Source of the DNA: Candidatus Falkowbacteria bacterium
Lineage (GTDB): Bacteria > Patescibacteriota > Patescibacteriia > Patescibacteriales > UBA12465
DNA: 64,000 nt
Direction of reading: 5' to 3'
NCBI GenBank assembly: GCA_037134915.1
Contig: JBAXLJ010000001.1
Coordinates: forward strand, 101,484-165,483
Position numbers and translations under genes: made by a program. The notes under the pieces were generated by a model that was not told the DNA's origin, ran no database searches, and was given only the letters and a program-made list of their open reading frames with translations. Below are positions 38,163 through 47,278 of the stretch, piece by piece (position 1 is the stretch's first letter; each line of letters starts with the position of its first letter).

Positions 38163-38980
38163 AATTTAATCTGTTTAATTGATTTAATTTTTTGTTTAAG
38201 GAATTTTTCCGCTTGAAATTTAAAAATCTTAGGGTTGTCAGTTGTATAAAAAACGCAGCTAGTTTTATTCTTTTTTATTTTAAGTTCTAGATGGCGGTTT
38301 AAATAATCTTTTAAACTGGCCGCAATAATTTTTCCGGTATCGGGAATGACAACTATTGACCCCATAATTTTTTGAATCATTTCTTGAAGATGGGGATAGT
38401 GGGTGCAAGCTAAAATCAGACTATCAATTTTTTTAGCTTGAAGCGGGGCTAAATATGATTTTAAAATCAACTTAGTTTCTGGGCTGTTAATTCGTCCGTC
38501 TTCAATTAGTGGTACTAGTAGTGGCGCCGCCTGACCGTAGACTTTTAATTTTGGATTTAAGTCCTTAATTTCTTTAGGGTAAGCTCCCGAATTAATGGTT
38601 GCTGTCGTGCCAATAACGCCAATTTTTTTAAAATTATTTTTGGCCGCACTTTCGGCTAGTGGTTTAATAACGCCTAGTACGCGACGACTAGGATAATGTT
38701 TGGGGAGCCACTCCTGTTGCAATCGCCTTAAAGCGTGAGCCGAGGCCGTGTTGCAAGCGATGATAACTAAATGACAATTTTGTTTAAATAAAAATTCAAC
38801 GGCCTGAGTAGTATAGCTATAAATTATTTCTGGTGATTTATTACCATAAGGTACGCGAGCGTTGTCTCCTAAATAAATATAACGATAGCCAGGCACGTCG
38901 CTTAAAAATTTCTTAAGCACCGATAAACCCCCTAGGCCGGAATCAAAAACGCCGATTAAGTTATTTGAGGTCTGCAACAT
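38159..38980 (-). CDS. murI: glutamate racemase
   Basis: GVFDSGLGGLSV, IIACNTAS, and LACTHYP catalytic Cys motifs. Start moved to ATG 38980. Confidence 0.9.
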   Translation of the reverse strand: MLQTSNNLIGVFDSGLGGLSVLKKFLSDVPGYRYIYLGDNARVPYGNKSPEIIYSYTTQAVEFLFKQNCHLVIIACNTASAHALRRLQQEWLPKHYPSRRVLGVIKPLAESAAKNNFKKIGVIGTTATINSGAYPKEIKDLNPKLKVYGQAAPLLVPLIEDGRINSPETKLILKSYLAPLQAKKIDSLILACTHYPHLQEMIQKIMGSIVVIPDTGKIIAASLKDYLNRHLELKIKKNKTSCVFYTTDNPKIFKFQAEKFLKQKIKSIKQIKL

Positions 38981-40238
38981 ATTTTTTAAATAAGTCGCCA
39001 CGTTCTTTGTAATTTTTGAACAACCCAAAACTAGCGCAAGCAGTAGAAAGTAGGACCACTTCGGCTTCGAATTCGGCGGCCCGTTGGCTGGCTTTTCTAA
39101 CCGCCTCGGCCATACTGCCGGCGATGCTTATTCTATTGGCATTAAGTCCGGCGTGGATTAAATCCATTTTTAATCGCGGTGAAGCCTCGCCTTTAAATAG
39201 GACGACAAATTTAACACTCGAAGCCACTTCCTTAGCCAGCTCCTTAAAATCTGCGCCTTTATCGGCGCCACCTAGTAGAACCACAGCCCCGGGAAAAGAT
39301 TTTAAATCAGCGATAGTGCTTTCAGGTGTAGTTGAAAAGCTATTATCATAATAAATAACCCCATTTACTTCGGCAACTTTCTCTAAACGATGAGGCAGTC
39401 CTTTAAAATTCTCGACCGCCTTTTTGATAGTTTTATTATCAACACCCAAAATCTCGGTCAACATCACGGCGGCGGCCACATTTTCTTTATTAAATTCTCC
39501 CGCTAGTTGGCTTGGATAATCACAGGCATTAAAATATTTTATTTTATCACCTTTAACGGTGTCGGCTAATCGAGCGTGGGTTAGTAAAATTTCATTTTCT
39601 AAAAATTTAGCGATGTTTAATTTAGCCTTTTTATAATCTTCAAAAGTTTTATGGTAGTTAGGGTTATTGGGGTCGGCTGGTTCTAGATGCTCCTGAAATA
39701 GGTTGGTTAGAATGCTATAGCGCGGACTGATTTTAAAATCTTCTAATTGAAAACTAGATAATTCCAAAACGACGTAAGAATCCTTTTTTACCTCATCGAT
39801 AAAAGTGAAGGGGGCGACACCAATATTACCGCCCAAGAAGACGGATTTATTAGCTTCCTTTAATATCGCATAAATTAGACTGGCGGTGGTGCCTTTACCT
39901 TTACTGCCGGTTACACCAATAATATTTTTAGTCGGTGATAGCTCCATAAATAAATTCATAGCGCTGCTAATCTTGTTTTTAACTGGTTGTAATTCGGGAA
40001 GTGATAAAGGGCAGCCCGGTGAACGGTAAATAACATCGAAGTCATTTAAATTTTGCAAATAATCTGGCCCGAGTTGCCAGAAGACGCCGTTGATATTTTC
40101 CTGGACTTCTTGGCGACTATCACAAATCGTATACTCGGCCGCTGTCTGGTGCCTCCTAAACCAAGCTAAAAGGGCCTGGTTTTCCAAACCATAACCGATA
40201 AAGGCAATTTTTTTATTATTTATTTCTGTTTTAGACAT
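38961..40238 (-). CDS. murD: UDP-N-acetylmuramoyl-L-alanine--D-glutamate ligase
   Basis: N-terminal Rossmann IAFIGYGLENQAL, P-loop GVTGSKGKGTT, Mur ligase middle and C-terminal domains. Start ATG 40238 lies just after the polA stop. Confidence 0.85.
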   Translation of the reverse strand: MSKTEINNKKIAFIGYGLENQALLAWFRRHQTAAEYTICDSRQEVQENINGVFWQLGPDYLQNLNDFDVIYRSPGCPLSLPELQPVKNKISSAMNLFMELSPTKNIIGVTGSKGKGTTASLIYAILKEANKSVFLGGNIGVAPFTFIDEVKKDSYVVLELSSFQLEDFKISPRYSILTNLFQEHLEPADPNNPNYHKTFEDYKKAKLNIAKFLENEILLTHARLADTVKGDKIKYFNACDYPSQLAGEFNKENVAAAVMLTEILGVDNKTIKKAVENFKGLPHRLEKVAEVNGVIYYDNSFSTTPESTIADLKSFPGAVVLLGGADKGADFKELAKEVASSVKFVVLFKGEASPRLKMDLIHAGLNANRISIAGSMAEAVRKASQRAAEFEAEVVLLSTACASFGLFKNYKERGDLFKKYVADLK

Positions 40239-40239
40239 T

Positions 40240-43035
40240 TTATTTAAGTTCGCCCCAGTTATCGCCCACGGCTGATTCGACAATAATTGGTACTTGAAGT
40301 TTAATGGCGTTTTCCATGAGTTTTTTTATTTCCGGTAGCCAAGAATCAACTCTATCTTCTTTTATTTCAAAAATCAATTCATCGTGAATTTGCAGAAGCA
40401 TTTTTATTTCTTCGGATTTATCTTTTATCTGATTAAAAATATTAATCATGGCAATCTTAATTAAATCAGCCGCGGCTCCTTGAACTGGGGTATTAATCGC
40501 CATTCGTTCGGCGCTGCGGCGGATAACTACGGTGGAAGAATCGATTTCCGGCAAATATCGTTTACGACCAAACATGGTGATGGCGTAACCTTTAGTTCGC
40601 GCTTTTATGATGGCGGTATCAATCATAAGACGTATCCCGGGATAAGCCTCAAAGTATTTAGCGATAAATTCTTGAGCGCGATTATAAGGAATACCGGCGT
40701 TTTGAGCGAGGCCGTGCGGTCCTTGGCCATATAAGATTCCGAAGTTAATGGCTTTAGCTTCGTAACGCATTTGTTTGGTGACTTCGGATAATTTTACTTC
40801 ATTAATTTCGGCGGCGGTAGCGGTGTGAATATCTTCTTTATCTTTAAAGGCTTTAATCATTTTTTTGTCGCCCGATAAATGGGCGGCCAGTCGAAGTTCA
40901 ATTTGGGAGTAATCCAGGCTAACTAATTTCCAGCCCTTTTTAGCGGTAAAAGCTGATCGAATTTTCTTGCCCTCCTCAGTTCTGGTAGGAATATTTTGCA
41001 GATTTGGTTCGTTAGACGATAAGCGTCCAGTAGCGGCTACGGTTTGATTAAAACTAGTGTGAATGCGGCCAGTCTTCTTATTAATTAAATTGGGCAGAGC
41101 TGTAACATAGGTATTTTGCAATTTATTAAGCTCTCGATAATTCTGGATTAAAGAGATAATTTTGTGCTCGCCTAATAATTTTTCCAGCTCATCATCAGCG
41201 GTGGAGATGCCGGTTTTAGTCTTTTTAATATTCTTCGTGGAGATACCCAGCTTAGTAAAAAGAATAACCTGTAATTGTTTGGGAGAGTTAATATTAAATT
41301 CTTCTTCGGCGGTTTCGTAGATATTTTTGGCCAATTCTTTTAAGCGTGATGCTAAATCTTTTTCAATTTTTTTAAGATTTACGGGGTTGAGGATGATGCC
41401 ATTTTCTTCCATATCAGCCAGCACAGTTACTAAAGGAAGTTCAATTTCCGCCATTAGTTTAGTCAGATTTTCTTTCTCTAATTTATTTTCCAGTATCTCG
41501 CTTAGCTGCCAGGTGCAATTAGCGTCCTCGCCGGAGTACTGAGCAATTTTTTCCGGTTCCACTTGAGAGAAAGAAATTTGGGTCTTGCCTTTGCCGATTA
41601 GTTCGGCGGTCGAAATCTTTTCCCAACCAAGTTCACGGAAAGAAACGGCATCTAAATTATGTTGGCGGTTATCTGGATTGAGCAAATAAGAAGCTAGCAT
41701 CGTGTCAAAAAATAAGCCCTGAACATTTATTCCTTGGTTTTTGAAAACGCGCCAATCAAATTTAGCATTATGAGCGCATTTTTTTATTTTAGCGTCTTCT
41801 AGAATAGGTTTTAATTCTTGGATCCAGGGATTTAAGTGACCGTCAGATTTCTGATAATTAAATAAGTCGGCCGTTTTTTGTGACTTGCCTTGGGATAAGT
41901 CCAGATAATAAGCAGTGTCTTTTTCCCAAGAAAAAGAAATCCCCAAAAGATCGGCACTAATCGGGTCCAGGCCATCAGTTTCTGTGTCACAGGCAAAAGC
42001 GTTTACTTTTTTTAATTTTTTCAAAAAGGCAGTAAATTTATCTTCTCTATCTATTAGTAGATATTTTTTCTCGGCCTTATTTCTGGCAAATTTATCGATA
42101 TAATCGGCGACTGGTTTTTCAAATGTCTCACTTGTTCCGCCTTTGATGATTTTTAATTTACCAATTAGAGATTTAAATTCTAGTCGCGTAAAAAGTTCAG
42201 CGGCTTTATCAACATCAAAAGAATTGAGCCGTAAATCTTCCCAATTCAAAGTAAAAGGAACGTCACGTTTAATGGTGGCCAAACTTTGGCTCATATAGGC
42301 GTCATCTTTATAAGTTTTAAGCAGTTCGCAGATTCGGGGTTTTATCTTGTCGCTATTTTTTTCAGCGGCTTGATAGACGCCAGCTAAAGTTTTAAATTCT
42401 TGAAGTAATTCGGTGGCCGTTTTTTCACCGATGCCTTTGACCCCGGGGATATTGTCGCTAACATCACCACGCAAAGCTTTGTAATCGACGATTTGGTTTG
42501 GTTTTAAACCATAACGCTCCATTACCTTGGCCTCATCATAAGTCGTGCTGTCGTTTAGACCGCGGCTCATTGAATAAACTTTAGTTCGGGGGCTAACTAG
42601 CTGGAGGCTGTCCATATCACCGGTGACGATATAGCTTTCAAATTCGGTTTCTTCTTCCGCGCGGAGTGTTATGGTACCGATTAAATCATCAGCTTCAAAA
42701 CCATCAAGTTCAAAAATGGGAATATCTAAGGCCTGGGCCACCTCTTTTACAATCGGGACTTGTTCATAGAGTTCGTCAGGCGCGGCCGTCCTAGTGCCTT
42801 TGTATTCTTTGTATTCTTCGTGGCGGAAAGTCGGAGCTTTACGATCCAGAGTAAGAGCCACATATTCCGGTTTAAATTCAATAAAAGCCTTAAGTAAAAA
42901 GGAGGTAAAACCATAGACTGCATTAACTATTAAGCCGTCTTTAGTGGTTAAAGTTGTCGGTAGGGCATGAAAACTGCGATGAATCAAGGCATGCCCGTCA
43001 ATTATCATGAGTTTTGGTCGATTTTTTGTAGTCAT
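40240..43035 (-). CDS. polA: DNA polymerase I
   Basis: 5' nuclease domain (LMIIDGHALIHRSFHAL), 3'-5' exo-like domain, and pol motifs A (DYSQIELR), B (RYEAKAINFGILYG) and C (QIHDELIFE). Confidence 0.95.
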   Translation of the reverse strand: MTTKNRPKLMIIDGHALIHRSFHALPTTLTTKDGLIVNAVYGFTSFLLKAFIEFKPEYVALTLDRKAPTFRHEEYKEYKGTRTAAPDELYEQVPIVKEVAQALDIPIFELDGFEADDLIGTITLRAEEETEFESYIVTGDMDSLQLVSPRTKVYSMSRGLNDSTTYDEAKVMERYGLKPNQIVDYKALRGDVSDNIPGVKGIGEKTATELLQEFKTLAGVYQAAEKNSDKIKPRICELLKTYKDDAYMSQSLATIKRDVPFTLNWEDLRLNSFDVDKAAELFTRLEFKSLIGKLKIIKGGTSETFEKPVADYIDKFARNKAEKKYLLIDREDKFTAFLKKLKKVNAFACDTETDGLDPISADLLGISFSWEKDTAYYLDLSQGKSQKTADLFNYQKSDGHLNPWIQELKPILEDAKIKKCAHNAKFDWRVFKNQGINVQGLFFDTMLASYLLNPDNRQHNLDAVSFRELGWEKISTAELIGKGKTQISFSQVEPEKIAQYSGEDANCTWQLSEILENKLEKENLTKLMAEIELPLVTVLADMEENGIILNPVNLKKIEKDLASRLKELAKNIYETAEEEFNINSPKQLQVILFTKLGISTKNIKKTKTGISTADDELEKLLGEHKIISLIQNYRELNKLQNTYVTALPNLINKKTGRIHTSFNQTVAATGRLSSNEPNLQNIPTRTEEGKKIRSAFTAKKGWKLVSLDYSQIELRLAAHLSGDKKMIKAFKDKEDIHTATAAEINEVKLSEVTKQMRYEAKAINFGILYGQGPHGLAQNAGIPYNRAQEFIAKYFEAYPGIRLMIDTAIIKARTKGYAITMFGRKRYLPEIDSSTVVIRRSAERMAINTPVQGAAADLIKIAMINIFNQIKDKSEEIKMLLQIHDELIFEIKEDRVDSWLPEIKKLMENAIKLQVPIIVESAVGDNWGELK

Positions 43036-43070
43036 AAGAATATTTTACCACATCTGAGCCTTTTGGCTAT

Positions 43071-43100
43071 AAAAGAAAAAGCATCCAGTTAGAGGATGCT
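43071..43100 (-). terminator. terminator of the upstream orphan transcript
   Basis: AGCATCC/GGATGCT stem followed by TTTTTCTTTT on the minus strand, 36 nt upstream of the polA ATG. Confidence 0.6.
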
Positions 43101-43229
43101 TTTCGTTAGGTTTGACTTGTGTGTTCTTTTTTAAAAAAGAAAATAGTTAGTGTGAGCTTTTTGCTCAAGTAGTTCGGAGATTCATTGCGTCTAATCTTGA
43201 TCCGAATTGGTCAGCGGAGAAGTGTCTTG

Positions 43230-43397
43230 TCAGAGTTTTTCAGACCCCTGGCCATAACTGTGAAAATGTTTCATCATAGTTTGCCTCGACAGCTTTCCGG
43301 CGATAATTCCGCGCCGGACTATAAATGGCAATAAACTCGCCGGTAGCGGAAACGAAGGGATTATCCCGTCGTTTAAGAAAGGAAAGATACTGTCCAT
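43230..43397 (-). CDS. candidate 55-aa leaderless small ORF (it may instead be a non-coding transcript)
   Basis: The ATG lies 7 nt after a TAGAAT -10 (43410-43405), with TTGACT at 43432-43427 (16-nt spacer). Peptide: MDSIFPFLNDGIIPSFPLPASLLPFIVRRGIIAGKLSRQTMMKHFHSYGQGSEKL. Below the ORF-track cutoff and with no homology evidence. Confidence 0.25.
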   Translation of the reverse strand: MDSIFPFLNDGIIPSFPLPASLLPFIVRRGIIAGKLSRQTMMKHFHSYGQGSEKL

Positions 43398-43502
43398 GAA
43401 AACTATTCTAGCCTTTTTATTTTTAAAGTCAAGAGGTCACTAATTAGTTAATAAAAAATCCAAACAAGGTTGGATTTTTTAAAAGCTCTATTTTTTAGAA
43501 TA

Positions 43503-44099
43503 TTATTCTACTAACAAGACGCCGATTTGACCCATTAAACGGTGATAACCTTTGCCGACCGCGCAGTAGAATTCAAAAGTGCCTTTTTTGTTGGCCGTAA
43601 ATTCAATCGTGTCGCTTTCGTTAGTTTGAATGGTTTTAGTCTCGACTTTAAAATCGGGTAAAATCAAATTATGCATACCACCAACGTTAGTGAAAATGAT
43701 TTTTACTTTATCTCCTTGTTTGACCTTAATTTCATTAGGAGTGAAGTAGAAACTACCACCAGTGATATTAAAAGTTAATTCTTTGGGTTGGTGATCTTCA
43801 CTGCCAGCTTTCAACTCAGCTTTTTGATCTTCCGTAATAGTGGCTGGGAGTTGAGGTGTCATATAATTAGGAGTAGCGGTAACCGGAGCAGCTGGTGTCG
43901 CCCCAGGAGTCGGATTGTTGGTGGCGGTGTTATTTTCCATCGCTACGGGTTCATTGGTGTTTGATTCATTAGGGTTTGATAAGTTGCCATATTCACTATT
44001 TTTTTTGTTATCATCGCGAGTGGCGATAGAATAAATCAGGGCGACAGCCAGGACAATAATTATTCCAACCAGAATCGGTTGTTTACTTTTATTACTCAT
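43503..44099 (-). CDS. membrane-anchored cupredoxin (type 1 blue-copper-like) protein
   Basis: N-terminal TM helix, an Asn/Thr/Pro-rich linker, and a C-terminal beta-sandwich with ligand pattern H (GGMHN) ... C (FYCAV) ... H..M (GYHRLMG). Confidence 0.7.
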   Translation of the reverse strand: MSNKSKQPILVGIIIVLAVALIYSIATRDDNKKNSEYGNLSNPNESNTNEPVAMENNTATNNPTPGATPAAPVTATPNYMTPQLPATITEDQKAELKAGSEDHQPKELTFNITGGSFYFTPNEIKVKQGDKVKIIFTNVGGMHNLILPDFKVETKTIQTNESDTIEFTANKKGTFEFYCAVGKGYHRLMGQIGVLLVE

Positions 44100-44215
44100 A
44101 TAATTCGTTTAAATTTAATAAATTAGTGAAGTAATTTTAACAAAAAATATCCAGACGGTCAAACCTCGAATCAATCTAAAAAAACTACCCAAATAGTTTG
44201 AGTAGTTTTTACTAG

Positions 44216-44289
44216 TGGACCCCAAGGGATTCGAACCCTTGACCCCCTGCTTGCAAAGCAGGTGCTCTAACCAGCTGAGCTAGGGGCCC
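44216..44289 (-). tRNA. tRNA-Ala(UGC)
   Basis: G3:U70 identity pair, anticodon loop TTTGCAA, T-loop TTCGAAT, no encoded CCA. Confidence 0.9.
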
Positions 44290-44352
44290 CGTTTTCTTTT
44301 CCTATAATATATTAATAACTTATTCCGGTCAAGCAAAAAATATCAATAATGA

Positions 44353-44610
44353 TTATCGACCGGGATTGGCAAATTTAGTTAGCGGTGAAACTAGCCAGCT
44401 GAAAAATAAATCGCCACTACCGGTCATCATAATTACGCCGATAAATATCACCAGAACGCCCATTAATTTGTAACCGAGACGAGTTCCACCCTCTGACCCT
44501 AGGTGAGCCTCAAACCAGTCTAGGCGTCCTAAATTTTCCAAGAACCATTCAGTTTTTATAGCCATAAAAGCTCCGAGCGCCGTAATCACAATTCCTAAAA
44601 CTATCTGCAT
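44353..44610 (-). CDS. small hypothetical membrane protein (2 TM)
   Basis: 85-aa ORF with two hydrophobic helices, 13 nt downstream of the M23 peptidase gene. Confidence 0.5.
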   Translation of the reverse strand: MQIVLGIVITALGAFMAIKTEWFLENLGRLDWFEAHLGSEGGTRLGYKLMGVLVIFIGVIMMTGSGDLFFSWLVSPLTKFANPGR

Positions 44611-44623
44611 ATTTTTTTATTTT

Positions 44624-45991
44624 TTATCTTATGTAATTTAATGGATTATATTTTACACCATTTATCATAACTTCAAAATGGATATGAGGGCCAGTTGACC
44701 AACCGGTTGAGCCCATAGCGGCAATTTGTTCGCCCCGTTCTACCTTTTCACCGACTTTAACAAATAATTTAGAAGCATGGGCGTATCTAGTTTTCATGCC
44801 GCCGCCGTGATTGATAACAACATTATTTCCGTAACCAGTAGACCAGCCAGCAAATTCAACCGTACCATCAGCTGCCGCATACAAAGGAGTGCCAATGTGA
44901 TTCGCAATGTCAACAGCGGTATGACGCCAAGAATAATATTGAGTGATACGGTGACCTTCAGTTGGCCAGAGCAATCTGGTGCTTGATTCCGGGGCTTTCT
45001 TCGGGTTAACTAGTTTTTCGATAACTGCCACGGCGTTATTTACTTGGCTGGTCACCGTCTTTTTGACAGCCACAATAGCTACGCTATCATCAATTTTTTT
45101 ACCGCCCGGGATAATGATATTTTTACCAATAACTAAGCCGTTAGCACTTCTGATATTATTGTATTGAAAAATACTATTTTCTTCAACACCAAATTTTAAG
45201 GCAATGCGGCCGACGGTGTCTCCACTTTTAACTGTGTAGAGGGTGCCACTTACTGGTAAGATACTTAACTTATCACCCGGCCTAATCAAACTAAAAGCTG
45301 TCAGATTGTTAGACCATAAAATAGTGTTAATGCTAATTCGGAATTTATTGGCGATTGAAGATATAGTGTCGCCATTACCAACGGTGTAGGAAATAATTTC
45401 GGACCGACTAACTGCGGGCGTGTTTCCGGCTATGACGGTGGTCTCGGATTCTCCGTCTCCGCCGGGGCTTAACGGATTGCTATTAATTAAAGCCTCGTTG
45501 TTATAGGTTAAGTCACCTCCTTCATCGGCAACGTCGCTAATCCAGGGGCGATTTAAAATAGAATCTTTTAAATTCTGGTATTTTTCTTTACCGGAAGCAA
45601 TTATTTGGCGCAGATTGCTAGTTTCTTCAATGAGTGTCCCTTCATCGGTGGTCGCACTAAATTCATTTTTAACTAAATGAGAAATAATTGTTTGATTAGC
45701 CTGAGCGCTGGCGTTTGCATTAGCTGAATCTTTGCTAAAATTCAAAACATTTGAGGTTATAATAAAAAGAGTTATACAAAAAACTAAGACGTGCAAAGCG
45801 CGTTGTCTGACTAAGACATGCCAGGGGCTTTCGACTAAACCAGATTTTCGTAGTTTAAATATTAGGTGATAGATCTTAATTAAGGGTTTGGTCAGTAAGA
45901 ACTTAAAAATCGCAAAAATAGGTCGTAAGATGGTAATAATTACAGCATAAATAAGCCTTTTAAGAGCCAAAAGGGATCTGACCAGAATCAT
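44624..45991 (-). CDS. LysM-domain M23 family metallopeptidase (peptidoglycan endopeptidase)
   Basis: N-terminal TM region, two LysM repeats (YTVGNGDTISSIANKF, YTVKSGDTVGRIALKFG), and M23 motifs HTAVDI ... GSTGWSTGPHIHFEV. Confidence 0.9.
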   Translation of the reverse strand: MILVRSLLALKRLIYAVIITILRPIFAIFKFLLTKPLIKIYHLIFKLRKSGLVESPWHVLVRQRALHVLVFCITLFIITSNVLNFSKDSANANASAQANQTIISHLVKNEFSATTDEGTLIEETSNLRQIIASGKEKYQNLKDSILNRPWISDVADEGGDLTYNNEALINSNPLSPGGDGESETTVIAGNTPAVSRSEIISYTVGNGDTISSIANKFRISINTILWSNNLTAFSLIRPGDKLSILPVSGTLYTVKSGDTVGRIALKFGVEENSIFQYNNIRSANGLVIGKNIIIPGGKKIDDSVAIVAVKKTVTSQVNNAVAVIEKLVNPKKAPESSTRLLWPTEGHRITQYYSWRHTAVDIANHIGTPLYAAADGTVEFAGWSTGYGNNVVINHGGGMKTRYAHASKLFVKVGEKVERGEQIAAMGSTGWSTGPHIHFEVMINGVKYNPLNYIR

Positions 45992-46160
45992 TAGCAGGTC
46001 AATTAGAAAATTCTTCAGTTTTGTAGAATTGCCTTTAATATGATTATTATAGTATTATGGATTTATAGTATCATCTTTGATGATTTTGAGTCAATTTATT
46101 GGTTTTTTTAAATTAATTGTGTTATGTTAAGAGTAATTATTAATCATAAATAATCCAAGT

Positions 46161-46898
46161 ATGTACAAGATAGTTTTAATTAGACACGGCGAAAGCCAAT
46201 GGAATGAAAAAGGTTTATTTACCGGCTGGACAGATGTTGACTTGTCAACTAAAGGAATTAAGGAGGCAACAGATGCCGGCAAAGAATTAAAAAAACACGG
46301 CTTTGTTTTTGATGTGGCCTTTTCCTCTCTCCTTAAGCGAGCCATTAAAACTTTGAACCTGGTTTTAGAAGAAATTGATGAGTTATGGTTACCAGTAATT
46401 CGTGATTGGCGCCTTAATGAGCGCCATTACGGGAACTTGCAAGGTTTGAACAAAAAACAGATGGTTAAAAAATTTGGTGAAGAGCAGATTTTAATTTGGC
46501 GTCGCAGTTATGATGTTCGCCCACCAAAAATTGATATTAAAAATAAATATAATCAAAAAGGGCAGCTTCGTTATAAAGGAGTTCCTGTCCCAGCCTCTGA
46601 AAGCCTAAAAGATGTTGTGGCCCGAGTGGAGCCTTTTTGGGAGAAAGAGGTGGTGCCGGTTATTAAATCCGGTAAGCGGGTTATTATTGCCGCTTCGGGT
46701 AATAGTCTGCGGGCTTTAGTAAAGTATTTAGATAAAATATCTGAAAAAGATATCACCGATCTAAATATTCCAACCGCCATTCCTTTGGTTTATGAGCTTG
46801 ATAATAAGTTAAAGCCGATTAGGCATTATTATTTAGCTAGCCCAAAAAAGTTAAAAGCCGCAATAGAGGGTGTAAAAAATCAAGGCAAAGGCAAATAG
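46161..46898 (+). CDS. gpmA: 2,3-bisphosphoglycerate-dependent phosphoglycerate mutase
   Basis: LIRHGESQWN catalytic His motif, RAIKTL, ERHYG, AASGNSLRAL. Confidence 0.92.
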   Translation: MYKIVLIRHGESQWNEKGLFTGWTDVDLSTKGIKEATDAGKELKKHGFVFDVAFSSLLKRAIKTLNLVLEEIDELWLPVIRDWRLNERHYGNLQGLNKKQMVKKFGEEQILIWRRSYDVRPPKIDIKNKYNQKGQLRYKGVPVPASESLKDVVARVEPFWEKEVVPVIKSGKRVIIAASGNSLRALVKYLDKISEKDITDLNIPTAIPLVYELDNKLKPIRHYYLASPKKLKAAIEGVKNQGKGK

Positions 46899-46921
46899 GC
46901 TATTTTTAAAGTTATTTCAAT

Positions 46922-46950
46922 TTGACAAAAATATAGCAAACTGCTATATT
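46922..46950 (+). promoter_or_regulatory. promoter of 46998-47249, overlapping the gpmA terminator hairpin
   Basis: TTGACA (46922-46927), 17-nt spacer, TGcTATATT (-10 at 46945-46950). The same sequence forms AATATAGCA/TGCTATATT followed by a T-run. Confidence 0.55.
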
Positions 46951-46997
46951 TTTTCATTACCTTAACAATTATTAATTTAAAAATAGGAGGATTTTTT

Positions 46998-47249
46998 ATG
47001 GAAAAGAAACCGTTTCACGAAAGTATTGTTTATGCTATTGCTAGTGCTAATGTTTCCGATTTAAATTGTTTAGCGCTTTTAATCAAGTCTACAAAAATTC
47101 CCGCAGGTCACGAAAAGATTGTAACTGCTTGGCAAAAGAAAATAGCAGATTTACAGGTAAATGATGATTATGACGTTGAAAGCAGCGTTTTAGGGCAAAT
47201 TAAGCTTGCCGAAAAATCTAGAGAAACATTTATTGAGGCTATTCCTTAA
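46998..47249 (+). CDS. hypothetical protein
   Basis: 83-aa ORF preceded by a strong AGGAGG RBS 7 nt upstream. No motif recognised. Confidence 0.6.
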   Translation: MEKKPFHESIVYAIASANVSDLNCLALLIKSTKIPAGHEKIVTAWQKKIADLQVNDDYDVESSVLGQIKLAEKSRETFIEAIP

Positions 47250-47252
47250 TCG

Positions 47253-47278
47253 GAGCTTGATTAATTCAAGCTCTTTTT
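47253..47278. terminator. bidirectional terminator between convergent genes
   Basis: GAGCTTGA TTAAT TCAAGCTC followed by T5. Confidence 0.75.

Noticed and set aside
43105-43420. The polA-upstream gap as RNase P RNA, tmRNA, SRP (4.5S) RNA or 6S RNA.
   Set aside because: Key signatures are absent: GAGGAAAGUCC...ACAGAA at proper spacing for RNase P, a tRNA-like 3' end with a tag ORF for tmRNA, GGAA-capped helix 8 with AGCA for SRP RNA, and a closing terminal helix for 6S. Only weak partial matches were seen by eye, so it is left as unknown pending a covariance-model scan.
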